Assembly: GCF_009914755.1 (NCBI RefSeq)
Contig: NC_060926.1
Direction: 5' to 3' (one strand)
DNA length: 64,000 nucleotides
From: the human T2T-CHM13v2.0 reference genome, Homo sapiens
Numbering within the stretch: position 1 is the first letter of the stretch; each line of letters opens with the position of its first letter. The notes below the pieces were generated by a model that was given only the letters and a program-made list of their open reading frames with translations, was not told where the DNA came from and did not search any database. The translations under genes and the position numbers were made by a program. Positions 10,505 through 23,721 of this stretch are shown here, one piece after another.

Positions 10505-13500
10505 GGGGCTTCTGGTCCAGAGAAGATGACATACAACCATTTTCTCTGCTCTTACCCGTTATACACATCTATAAACTTTGAAAATTGTGTAAGAATTAAC
10601 TAAAGAAGAATCTTGAAACATGATAAAAGAAGGATAGCCAGTTTGGGACCTCAGCACTGGAGGAACAGTATAGCAGCAAAATGTATTACCTGCCCCCCAC
10701 CCAATGAATAGAAGATGGCTTCTCTTGCCTAACATCTACTGACCTCCAATCTAGCAAAAGAAGAAACTCCAGATATGATTATTTTTGCCCTGAATGGAAG
10801 TACTTAGACAATATCAGATAAGCCTTACAACATGTAAGAGAGATCATTGGAAGGCTTTCCAAAAATAAGCAGACAGAGGAGGCACTCCTATTCTCTGCTG
10901 GGCATAAGACTATTCTTTCTACCAAGAGAGTTGAGGTGGCTAGGCAAAGCCAGCAAGAGAGAACCAGCTATACCACTTGGCCTGGTACAGGAACTCTCTT
11001 CTTATCCATGGGCCTAGGATTCTGCCCCTCAGAGACACAAAACTGGAGGGGGTAACTAGAAAAAGGGAGTTGATTACAGTAAGCAGGTCAAGTAAAATGC
11101 AAAATGACACAACCAGCTTAAGTGGCCCAGTCTAGGAAGCCTATTTTTCCCACTGGTTGAATCCCACACTCAAAGACACTGGAACATCGAGGGCAACTCT
11201 TGGTAAATCCCTTATACTCTTAGCAGGAAATTCACCAAGAGTTACCTGGCCTTGGGAAACCTCTTCCAACTCATATGCAATCTATCACCCATCATACCAG
11301 GAACCAGAAGAATCACAACTTGAATGAGAAATGACAATTAACTGATACAAACACAAAGGTAAACATGATATTAGAATTACATGAAAATCATTTCAAGGAA
11401 GCTGTCATAAAAATTATTTAACAGTCAAATAAAAATTTAGTTAAAGCAAATAAAATATGAAAAAAGATTCTAAAAAGTGAATATTATAGAACTGAAAAAC
11501 AACAAAAAAATTAAAATTAAAAAATTATCAGGAAAATTTTTACTGATCAGAAAAAATTACTGAATTCAGTGATAAACTAGACACGACACAGGATAGAATC
11601 AGTGACTTTAAGGACATAAGTATAGAATTATCCCAATCTGAAGAACAGAGAAAATAAGCTGAAAAAAAAGAACACTGCCTCAAGAACCTATAAGACAATA
11701 GAGTTAACATTCATATAATTGTATTTCCGAAAGGAAGAGACTAAAGAAAATGGAAAGACAATGTATTAAAAAATAATGGCTGAAAACTTCTTAATTTTGC
11801 TAGACATTAAACTATAGGTCAAGAAGCTGAACACATTTCAGATATGATAAATATAAAGAAATTTATAACCAAACACATTATAGGTAAACTATTAAGAATT
11901 AAAGATAAGGAAAATATTCTGTCAACAGAGTAAAAAGATAAAATACCTTTAGGGAAATACCAATAGGAATGATGGTAGATTTCTCATCTGCAACCATGAA
12001 AGCATAAAGGAAGCACTTTTCTTGTACTTAAAAAAGAACTACTATCTACAAATTCTATAAATGCCAGACTTATTCTTCTGGATTTTAAGAAAAACAAAGA
12101 CATTCTCAGATGAAGAAAAGCTAAAAAAAAAAGTCACAAATATATCTACATTTAAAGATTAGCTAAAGTAATTTATTCAAACATCAAGGGTGATAATAAA
12201 AAAATTTATCTTGGAGCATCGGGATGAAAGAAGAAACAATAGAAAGAGACAGGCCTGTGATGGGTTGAGAGGAGCTGCAATAAAGGTCTCTGAAATGCCC
12301 TAGAGGCATTTTCTCTCTTTTCTTGGCTTTTAACATTTGGCTCCTCTTTACCTAGGCAAATTTCTTCAGCCTTGAATACCTTTCCAGAAAATGGGTTTTT
12401 CTTTCTTACTACATGGTTGGACTACAAATTTTCCAAAATTTTATGCTCTGCTTCCCTTTTAAATGTAAATTCTAGATTCAGATAATTTTTTTGTTTATGC
12501 AATTGAGCATAGGTTTTTAGAAGCAGCAAGGACACATTTTGAATGCTTTGCTGCTTGGAAATTTCTTCCACCAGATACCCTAAATCATCTCTCTCAAGTC
12601 CAAAATTCCATGGATCTCTAGAGCAGGGGCACAATGCTGCCAATCTCTTTGTGAAAGCATAGCAAGAGTGACCTTTATTTCAGTTTTCAATAAGTTTCTC
12701 ATCTCTATCTGAGACAACCTCACCCTGGACGTCATTATCCATATTACTATCAGCATTTTGGTTACAACAATTTAACAAGTCTCTAGAAAGTGCCAAACTT
12801 TCTTCCCTCATCTTCCTGTCTTCTGAGCCCTCCAAACTGTTCCAACCTCTGTCTGCTACCCAGTTCCAAAGCCACTTTGACATTTTCAGGTATCTTCATA
12901 GCAATGCCCCACTCCCAGTACCAATTTTCTGTATTAGTCCATTCTCACACTGCTATAAAAAATTATCTGAGACTGGGTAATTTATGAAGAATAGAGGTTT
13001 AATTGAGTCACAGTTCTGCTGGCTGTACAGGAAGCATGGCTGTGAGACTTCAGGAAACTTACAATCATGGCAGAAGAGCAAAGGGGAAGCAAACATGTCT
13101 TCACATGGTGGCAGGAGAGAGAGAGAGAGCAAAGGAGGAAGTGCTACACACTTTTTAAACAACCAGATCTTGTGATAACTCAGTCAGTATCATGAGAACA
13201 TCCAGGGAGAAATCTGCCCTCATGATCCAATCACCTTCCACTAGGTCCCTCCCCCAACATTGGGGATTTCAATTCAAATAAGATTTGGGTGAGGAAACAG
13301 AGCCAAACCATATCACTAGAAAGAGAAGATCACAAACGCAAAGCAAACAGAAGAAATGAAATAATAAAGATCAGAGAAGCAATCAGTGAAAATAAAAACA
13401 ATACTACAAATCAATGAAACAAAATTGTTTTTTTGAAAATTAATAGGAATGATAAAACTCTATCATGACTGATAAAAATTTAAAGACATAAATCAGGAAT

Positions 13501-14520
13501 GAGATAGCACATGCCTATACATATGGTGCAGTTATTAAAATAAAAATTAAAATGTACAATAACAACTTTATACTCACAAATTCAATATTTAGAAGAAATA
13601 CAAAAATTCCTTGTAAATCACAAATGATGAAAACTCAGCAAAGATGAAATATACAATATAATATACATATATCTATGAAATAAATAATATCTATAATTGG
13701 AAACCTCCCATTAATAGAAATCTCCAGAGCCAGAATATTTCAATGAAGAATACTCCCAGCACATAATAGATAATTACTCATTTTACATAATAAATTCCAG
13801 GAAATAGAAAAGGAGAAAATATTTTCCAACTCATTTTATGATGCCAACATTATAAAAAACAAAAAGGACAGTAAGAAAAAGAAAACAGCACATCAACATC
13901 TCCTATAAGCTTAGACACAAAAATCTTCAGTAAAAGATTAGCAAATCTAATTCCATGTTATATTAAAATGATTATGTAACATGCAAATATCAGATTTATT
14001 CCGGGTATGCCAAGCTGGTTCACCATTCAAAAATCAATCAATGTAAACCTTGATATCAATAAGCTAAAGATGAAAAAATCATATGGTTATATCGATTTAC
14101 ATAGTAAAATAATTTGACAAAATCCAAAATCCATTCATATAAAAACACTCAGAAAGAAATTTAGGAATAGTGGGAATTACCTCAATTTGATAAAAACATT
14201 ACAAAAAACTGCCTTCAGCTAACATCTAATATCATACTTAATGATGAAAAATTGAATGTTTTTCCCCTAAGATCAGGAATAAGGCCAGGATGTCTACATT
14301 CACCATTTTTATTAAATATAGTATTGGAAATTCTAACCACTGCAATAACTCAAGAAAAGAAATAAAAGTCATTTATATTTGCAAGTGGGAAGTAAAAATA
14401 TCCCTATTCACAGATAACCTGAACATCTTCACAGGAAATCTATGAAAAAATTCACAGAACACAGAAATAAAAGGTAAGTCATGAAGGGTAGCAGGATATA
14501 AGATCAATAAACAAAAGTGG
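10505..14520 (+). mobile_element. Old L1M: 5'UTR, ORF1 remnant and part of ORF2, interrupted by MSTA
   Basis: ORF1-like 11330-12240 (aataatggctgaaaacttc, gatttctcatctgcaaccatg); ORF2-like 13316-14520 (ttccaactcattttatga, cccctaagatcaggaataagg). Confidence 0.8.
12252..13315 (-). mobile_element. MSTA MaLR: 5' LTR (12930-13315) plus truncated internal region
   Basis: ggctgtacaggaagcatgg and gccaaaccatatca LTR hallmarks; MaLR-int peptides WNFGLERDDLGYL; second LTR absent. Confidence 0.88.
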
Positions 14521-15619
14521 CGTTTAAATGTCATAGAAATTCAGGAAAATTTTAATCAAGGGAGTAAATATGATATGATTGAGGTTTGGAAAGATTTTTC
14601 TGGTTCTTATTTTTTTCTCTTGGACTAATTTTCATGCCAAATGGACATTGGAATCTTTTACTCTGGAGCTTTCAGTCAAACATGAATCCTTATGTGCTCC
14701 CACCCCACCACCACCCCTGGAGAAAAGTATATAAAAATTAATATTGATTCTGTGAAGAAAATGGCACTTTTTACATTTCCTTGGATCAAATTTGTCAAAG
14801 TCATTTCATCCATTAACAAGCTTTCTAATTTGGTTGATTTACAAATTCCTGAGAACAAGCAAAATGTGCTTATCCACTGCATAGCACCTATCAGTATATA
14901 TTCAAAGGGAATATAGAGAGGATATTAACCAAATATGCCTAATTACTAATGACTGATGAGGCAAAAGTCTGGTAATCTTGAAACAACACCTACCTTTCGT
15001 GATTTAAATTGAAGATAACATATCTAAATTTTAATTACAATCAAAGTCAAAACCAAAAGATAGCAAGTAAAGCTGGAACGTCCCTTAGGTGATTAAAGAA
15101 TGCCTTCCAATTTATTACATTTAGCTAATAAGTTAGACAAAGGATTTTGTTGTCTTGCTTTTCCATTACTTACAGTTCCTGTTATCAAGAGTGTTAAGTT
15201 TCTATTAACTCCTGTAACACTCTGGCAATGAGGTAAAATGCAAAAGTATGGATAGTTACAGAGGTTTGAAAATTGGTTTCTCTGATTTTCTAAAAGATGA
15301 CTGGGAGCTTGATTTATGCTCATTCATTGAAGAGTATTAATACTATTACCATGAGTAAGTAGAAGCCACTTTGATCCAGTACGATGTTTAACCAATTTTT
15401 TAAAATTATTTTTATTAATTAAATAAGTATTTTAAATTATTAATTAAATAATTGTTTATGCAAACTTGTTTTAACTTCTTGTGAATATTTAGGGCTTTTT
15501 ATCATTGTAACTAATACATAAGCTGATTCTTGTGGGTTTTAAATACTGAAAGTGTGATTAGGTGCATAGCAATAAATATATATACATAATATAAAGTTAT
15601 ATGTATATATACATGTATA

Positions 15620-15697
15620 GCGCAAGTTCTCACTATATTGCCATGGCTGGTCTCTAACTTCTGAGCTTAAGTGATCTTACCTCAGCCTTTTGAGTTC
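15620..15697 (-). mobile_element. Old Alu/FLAM fragment
   Basis: tctcactatattgccatggctggtctctaacttctgagcttaagtgatc. Confidence 0.65.
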
Positions 15698-17167
15698 AGT
15701 TCATCACAAGACATATTTATCCATCATTATGGAAATAGTAAAATTTGAAATAAAATTAAATTGGAGGCTTCTTTTTTGAAGACTGAAGTCACTATCATGA
15801 ACAGATTTACCTGTGAAATTTCAAATAATTTGAATTATATTTACTTCCATTGGTGAATGTTCCTGAATACATTCTATAATCTATGGATTATAATCAAAGT
15901 GTGATATATCATTTTGATTGTAGAAACAATCTACAATTAAATACTCAACATGGGATTGAAGGACAAGGCAGAGAAAGATGATGGACTAGGACTCTCCAGC
16001 AATCATACCTCCACAGAAATATCAGCTTGAACAACTACTCACACACAAAAAATACCTTTAAAGCTCTAAAGAAACCAGATGACAGCTCACAGCACCCAGT
16101 TATAGCATAACAATAAGAAAAGATGCACTGGAGAGAGTGGAAATAAAAGTTTTACATTACCCACATCACCACTCTCTCAACCCTAGGCAGCACAGTGCAG
16201 AATAACATACTGCCTTCTTGGAGGAAATAGAGAGATGTAAGCCTAAGACTCTTATTTGAATCCCAATATGGGGCCTACCATAGCAAAACTCAAAACTGGG
16301 CTAAATCCTGTAGCCTCTGACTCCGGGCCGGTACCTGCAAACTGAGCTTCTGGACCTGCCCTAGCACCACATGGGAACCTGTAGCTCTTTCAAGTCAGAT
16401 TCAAATTCTGGCCCGCATCACAGCCAGTCAAATACAGCAATGCTGGGCTCCAAATAACCTACAGTGACAGGCAGTCCTCAGGGTTTGTGAGCTTCCGGTG
16501 TGCTTTAATGCTGCATCAGCCTTGGTGGCCACGATTTTTGAACTCAGTGCTGCTAAAGTCATGACATTTGGGTAAAGGGTACTTCCTAGTACTTCCAGAG
16601 CTGCAACAGTCACTGGCTTAGGGACCACACAAGACAACAGGCTAAGGATCTCTGTGCAGCCTTACTGTTGAGTGACATGCCCCAAAATAAGTCAGACTGC
16701 AAAGAATGAAGTCAGTACATACTCCTTTAATGTGCAAACATCAATGTACAACCACAATAACCAAGAAAAATCAGGGAAATATAATTCCTTAAATTGGACA
16801 ATAAAAAGGTGCCAGTGACTGACTCTAAGAAGATGGAGAGGTATAACCTTTCTGGAAAAGAATTCAAAATAGCTGTTTTAAAGATCTTCAAAAAACTTCA
16901 AGAATACACAGGTAAATAGTAAAATGAGGAAAGCAATAACTTACCAGAATAAGAAACTTAACAGAGATATTAAAATATTTTTTAAAAAATTGAACAGAAA
17001 TTCTGGAGCTGAAAAATGCAACTAATAAAGTGAAAAAATTAAATAGACAGCATAAACAGTGCGGTGTGTTTTTTGAAAAGATAAAATCAGCAAACCTTGA
17101 GTTAGAGTAACTAAGAGAAAAAGAGAAGATCCAAATAAGTAAAATAAGAGAAGAGAGGAAATCTTAC

Positions 17168-19019
17168 TGATGGCAGCAGCAACCCATCTGAAGCAGCCAC
17201 TGTAAGGACACCAGCTGCAGCAGGGGAGGTGCAGCTGGGGCTGTGCACTCCCTGGAGCTGGCAGGGACTAAGAGCAGGTGAAAGCCATTCACAGGGACTA
17301 AGAGCAGGTGGGAGCCATGCACCCAACCAAGTTGATGGGGCAGGAGCCCCACACTTCCAGGCACAGCTGCAGCCATCCAGCAGCAGCTTCATACCTGAGC
17401 ATCCCTGTGCAGTCAGGGGCCCAGGAAGACCCTGCCCTTGCAGACTCGAAAGTGCCTGTTCCTGCTTTCTGGCCTCTTCCTGCTGTCAGCACCCACTCTG
17501 ATGTGGAGCAAAGTTGTGGCTGAGCCTGGGTGCTGTAGCAACCTAGCCAGGTGTGTACATGCTCAGGGCAGCACTGACATGCCAGTCCCCTGCCACCTAC
17601 ACTCCCTACAAACGTTGGGTGCTGATAAGCCTGGGAGGGGGCTCAGGGACTGAGCATGGTTTGGCATGGGCCTGCTGGTGCCCTTGAACACATACAACCT
17701 GGGCACCATGGATGGCAGGTTGATGGCACAGGGATGCAGGCAGGTTCCTAGGCAGGAAGTGGCAAGTCTTCAGGGAAACCAAACTTCAAGCCAAAGAGAA
17801 CCTGAAGCCTGGGGGCTGGGCTGCCATTTACAGGTGAAGCCAGGAATGAGAACTTCATTGATGACCATTTGGCCAATCAGATGGTGCTTTTTCCAGGTCT
17901 GCCCGTGGCTGCCCAGGGACCAATCAGCACACACTTCCTCCATTCTAAGCACATAAAAACTCCAGACTCACACACTCCACAGGACAACCTGCCTGTAAAT
18001 AGGAGCTACCCCCTCTGGGTCTTCTCTCTGCTAAGAGACACACTGAGCAGGATAACCTGCCTGCAGATAGCAGCTACCCAATCCACGTCTTCTCTCCACT
18101 GAGAGCCACACTTGATGGGACTATCTGCCTGTGGATAGGAGCTGCCCACTCTGGGTCTCTTTTTCACTGAGAGGCACACTAATCAGGACAACCTGCCTGC
18201 GGGAAGGAGCTACCCACTTTGGGTCTCCTGAGAGCTGTTCTGATACTTGATAAAGCTCCCATCCATCTTGCTTGCCCTCCAGTTGTCCACATACCCTTAT
18301 TCTTCCTGATGCAGGACAAGAACTAGGGACCTGCTGAACTGCAGGAATGAAATGAACTGTAATGCTTTCTGGCCAGCCTCGGAAACTGAAGGCAGTGACA
18401 TGCCCCTGGAATGCAAAATTGAAGAGTGGCAACCTTTCTTGGCAGGAAGCATACTTTGGGTTTCCCTATCCAGAGCTGTAGCACTATAGCCTCCTGCCCT
18501 CTGCCAGTGCCAGGTGGCTGCCCCCTGCTCTCTGCCAGCACCAGGTGGCTGTCCCATGCAACAGAAAGCAATGGTGGGGCTAGGCCAGCCTAGGCACCAC
18601 AGGCTGAAGTGGGGTGGTGGGACTGAAAGAGTTGTAACACAAATGGGCTGAAACATGCCCCTCTTCCCACAATGCCTAGAGAAGAGCTGCAGCCCTTCTG
18701 GGATCCCAGGCCTAGGGGCACCCAAAGCCAGGGCTGTGACATGCTGTAACACCCCTTTGAGGATTTGGGGTCGCTGGTGTCTCCAAGTTTTTCAGGCACC
18801 ACCACATTCCCCTCATCCAGACACTTGCCCAGCCACAAGCTGAGCATTGTTACCATGGTGAGGACAGGATCCAGACCAGAGTGCAAGCCAAGTGCAGCCC
18901 CACTGGTCTGCAGGGTACCTTATGCAGTGAGCCCAGGGTGAAGTGAGGCCCTGGACAGGGGTGTCACCAGCTGCAGAGGTCTCTGGCTGGCAAAGCAGCA
19001 CCAAAAAAATCCTGCATCA
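17168..19019 (+). mobile_element. MER52-family ERV1 solo LTR (~1.85 kb)
   Basis: GC-rich, starts TGATGGCAGC, ends AAAATCCTGCATCA; L1 ORF2 is continuous across it. Confidence 0.85.
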
Positions 19020-20675
19020 TTTTAACTGATAGCAAAAAAAAAAAAAAAACCAAAAAAAAAAACAAAAAAAAACACAAAGAAACATAAAATACTTTTAAGA
19101 ACAATTAGATACCAACAAATCATGTAACCAAGAAGAAATGGAAAGTTTCCTGAGCACATACAACCTACCAAAATTGAATTATCAAGAAATAAAACATCTG
19201 AACAGATCAATAATGAGAAAGGAGACTAAATCAGTAATAAAAAGTCTCCCATCAAAACATAGCTCATGAAGTGATAGCTTCACTGATGAATTCTCCCAAA
19301 CATTTAAAGAAAACACTAACACCAATTATTTTCAAACTATTTCAGAAAATTGAGTAGGAGAAGATATTTCCAAACTCATTCTGTGAGGCCAGCATTACCT
19401 GATACCAAAACCAGACTAAAGTCACAACAGAAAAAGAAAACTGCAGGCCAATATCCCTGATGAACAAAAATGTAAAAATCCTTGACAAAGCATTAGCAAA
19501 TCAAATTTGATAGCACATTACAAAATATTCAGCATGATCAAGTGGGAGTCATCCCACAGATACAGGGATGATTCAAAATATGCAAACCGATAAACATAAT
19601 ATGTCACATTAAGAGATCAAATACAAAAACCATATGATCATCTTAATAGATTCAGAAAAGGCATTTGACAAAATTCAACATCCCTTTATAATAAAAACTT
19701 TTGAACATTAGGTATAGAAAATATGAACGTAAACATAATAAATGCTATACACAGCAAACCCACAGATAAAGTCATACCGAGTGAGTAAAAGTTGAAAGCT
19801 TTTCCTCGAACATCAGGAACAAAAATAAGGATGTCCATGTTTACCAGTTCTATTCAACATATTATTAGATGTTCTACCCAGAGCAATTTTGCAAGAGAAA
19901 AAATAAAAGGCATCCAAACAGGAAAGGAAGAAGTTAAATTGCGCCTGTTGTAAACGACACAATGTTATATACAGAGGACCATAAAGACTCTATTAAAAAA
20001 AAAAAAAAGATTAGAACCAATGAAAAAATTCAACAGTTATCAAATACAAAATCAACATACAAAAATCAGCAGGGTTTCTATACACTCACAGTAAAGTATC
20101 TGAAAAACAACTTGAGAAACAATCCCATTTATCATAGCTACAAAACGAATAAGAAAATAAAATACTTAATAAATTTAACCAAATAAGTGATTGATGTCTA
20201 CACTGAAAACTATAAAACATTGATAAAAGATGTTAAAGAAGACACATCAATGGTAAGATAACTCTTGCTCATAAATTACAAGAATTACAGTTGTTAAAAT
20301 GTTCAGACTACCCAAAATGATCTACAGATTCAATGTATTCGCTATGAATATAAAAAGGCATTTTTCACAGAAATAGAAAAAATTCTAGAATTCATATGAA
20401 ATCACAAATTTCTCTGAATAGCCAAAACAATGGTGATTAAAAAGAACAAAGTTGTGGTCATGTCATTATCTGGCTTCAAAGTATACCACAAAGCTATAGT
20501 AATCAAAACAGCATGATACTGGTATAAAAACAGACACATAGTCCGGTGGAATACACTAGGGAGCCCAGAAATAAATCCACACATTTACAGTCAACTGATT
20601 TTTGTCAAAGGTTTCAAGAACATATATGGGGGAAAAGATACTGCCTTCAATAAATGTTGTCTAGAAAACTGGACA

Positions 20676-22537
20676 CCACCGCTCAAGGAAATAAGAGAGG
20701 ACAAAAACAAATGGAAAAAGATTCCATCCTCATGGATAGCAATAATCAATATCATGAAAATGGCTATACTGCCCAAAGTAATTTATAAATTTAATGCTAT
20801 TCAATTCAAAATACCATTGACATTCTTCACAAAATTAGAAAAAAAAACTACTTTAAATTTTATATGGAACAAAAAAAAGAGTCTTCATAGCCAAGAAAAT
20901 CCTAAGCAAAGAGAACAGAGCTGGAGGCCTAACACTACCTGACTTCAAACTATACTACAAGGCTACAGTAACCAAAACATCATGGTACTGGTACCGAAAC
21001 AGACATATAGACTGATGGAACAGAACAGAGACCTCAGAAATAACACCACACATCTACAACCATCTGATCTTCCACAAACCTGACAAAAAAGAAATGGGGA
21101 AACGATTCCCTATTTAATAAATGGTGCTGCAAAAACTGGTTAGCCATATGCAGAAAACTGAAACTGGATCCCTTCCTTACACCTTATACAAAAATTAACT
21201 CAAGATAGATTAAAGACTTAAATGTAAAACCCAAAACCATAAAAACCCTAGAGGAAAACCTAGGCAATAATAATTCAGTATATAGTCATAGGCAAAGACT
21301 TCATGATGAAAACACCAAAAGCAATTGCAACAAAAGCTAGAATCACAAATGGATCTAATTAAACTAAAGAGTTCTGCACAGCAAAAGAAACTAGCATCAG
21401 AATGAACAGATGACCTACAGAATGGGAGACAATTTTTGCAATCTACCCATTTGACGAAGGTCTAATATCCAGAATCTACAGGGCACTTAAATAAATTTAC
21501 AAGAAAAAAAAAAGCCAACAACCCTATCAAACAGTGGGCAAAGAACATAAACAGTTATCAAGAGAAGGCATTTGTGTGGCCAATAAACATACAAAAAAAA
21601 GCTCATCACTAATCATTAGAGAAATGCAAATCAAAACCGCAATGAGATACCATCTCACGCCACTCAGAATGGCAATTATTAGAAAGTCAAGAAACAATAA
21701 ATGCTGGCGAGGCTGTGGAGAAATAGGAACACTTTTACACTGTTGGTGGGAATGTAAATTAGTTCAACCATTGTGGAAGACAGTGTGGCGATTCCTCAAG
21801 GATCTAGAGCCAGAAATATCATTTGACTCAGCAATCCTATTACTGGGTATATACCCTAAGGAATATAAATCATTCTACTATAAAGACACATGCACACATA
21901 TGTTTACTGCAGCACTATTCACAATAGCAAAGACATGGAACCAACCAAAATGCCCATCAATGATAGACTGGATAAAGAAAATATGGTACATATATACCAT
22001 GGAATACTATGCAGCAATAACAAAGAATGAGATTATGTCATTTGCAGGGACATTGATGAAGCCGGAAGCCATCATCTTCAGCAAACTAATGCAGGAACAG
22101 AAAATCAAACACTGCATGTTCTCAGTCATAAGTGGGAGTTAGACAATGAGAACACATAGACACAGGGAGGGGAACAACACACACTGGGGCCTGTTGGTGG
22201 ATGGGGTGGAAGAGGAGGGAGAGCATTAGGACAAATTACTAATGCATGTGGGGCTTAAAACCTAGATGACAGGTTGATAGGTGCAGTAAACCACCATGGC
22301 ACATGTATACCTATGTAACGAACCTACATATTCTACACATGTATTCTGGAACTTAAAGTAAAATAAAATAAAATAATGTTACAAGGTATATTATATTATT
22401 ATATAGTAAAATATGCTTTTTATTTTAACTGTTTACATGAATTTCAATTTTTAAATAATAAACATGTTATATAGTTGGATGCATTATATAAATTTCATCT
22501 CTATGAAATAAATGAACATGTTAAACCTAAAAAAAAC
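20676..22537 (+). mobile_element. 5'-truncated L1PA7-like element with 3' transduction
   Basis: ORF2 C-terminus open 21534-22142 ([18 protein letters not shown]); 3'UTR gcttaaaacctagatgac; TSD aaaactggaca (20665-20675) / aaaactggata (22538-22548). Confidence 0.9.
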
Positions 22538-23394
22538 AAAACTGGATACATGCAGGAGAATGAAATTAGATCCTTATTTTTCAACATATCAAATATTATC
22601 TCAAAATGGATTAAACATTTAAATTTCAGACATGAAACCATAGAACTACTACAGGAAAACAGAGAAGAAGCTCTATGACGTGGTGCTGGGCAATGGTTTC
22701 TTTGGATATGATCTTAAAAGCATAGACAACAAAATAAAAAATAGACAAATGGGATTAATGAAACTGAAATGCTTCTGCACAGCAAAGGAAATAATCAATA
22801 AGAGACAACCTACAGAATGGAAGAAAGTATTTGCAAATCATACATCTGATAAGTGGTTAATATCTAAGAGCTCAATTCAACACAAACAACTCAATAGCAA
22901 GAACACAAATAACTCAATTTAAAAAATGGGCACAAGACCTGAATAGACATTGCTTAAAAGAATACATACTAGTGGCCGGCAGGTATATTATTTAAAATCC
23001 TCAATATGACTAGTCATCTTGAAAATGTAAACCAAAACCACATTGACATATCTCCTCACTCTTGTTGAAATGGCTATTATCAAAAACACAAAAGATAAAA
23101 AATGTTGGCAAGGATGTGGAGAAAAGGGCACATTTACACACTATTGGTGAAAATATAAATTAGTACAGGCATTATGGGAAACATTATGGAGGTTCCTAAA
23201 AAAATTAAAGAATAGAACCACCATATGATACAGCAATTCCACTGCTTGGTATGTATCATACAGGAATGAAATCAGTATGTCAAAGAGATATTTATACTCC
23301 CATGTTTATTGTAGCTTTATTCACAATAGCCAAGATATGGAATTAACCTAAGTGTCCATCAGCAAATTAGTGGATACAGAAAATGTGGTATATA

Positions 23395-23721
23395 CAGACA
23401 CCCTTTTTATCTGTAAATTCTGCATTTGTGGACTCAACCAAAAGTGAAAATATTCTATAGAAAATAGTTGAAGAAAAATAATAAAATAAAAAATCCAAAA
23501 AACATTATAACAAGCATTTATGTAGTATTTATATCTTATTACATGTCATAAATAATCTAGAGATGACTTAAAATACATAGGAGGATATGCACAAATTACA
23601 CACAAATACTACTTTACTTAATACATGGGACTTTGTATAACAAAGTTCCATGAGCATTGGCTCATTTTGATATACACAGGGGTCCTGGAACTAATTCCCC
23701 ATGGATATGGAAGGATGACTG
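23395..23721. mobile_element. MER2 DNA transposon (Tigger group)
   Basis: cagacaccc...ggaaggatgactg termini, TA on both sides, splits the L1 phrase gtggtatata/cacaatggaatac. Confidence 0.85.

Noticed and set aside
12240-13326. tagaaagaga on both sides of MSTA as a TSD
   Set aside because: MaLR TSDs are 5 bp and need both LTR ends; the left side is mid-internal sequence, so this is likely chance in purine-rich L1.
17982-18237. CRISPR-like repeat-spacer look
   Set aside because: The units are degenerate along their whole length with no unique spacers, in a eukaryotic LTR, with no cas genes.
17111-19004. Dense overlapping ORFs and high GC suggesting a gene or CpG island
   Set aside because: All lie within the GC-rich, CpG-depleted MER52 LTR; stop-codon scarcity explains them.
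21534-22142. 202-aa Cys-rich ORF as a host zinc-finger gene
   Set aside because: It is the L1 ORF2 C-terminal domain of a 5'-truncated element, with a non-ATG start and no promoter.
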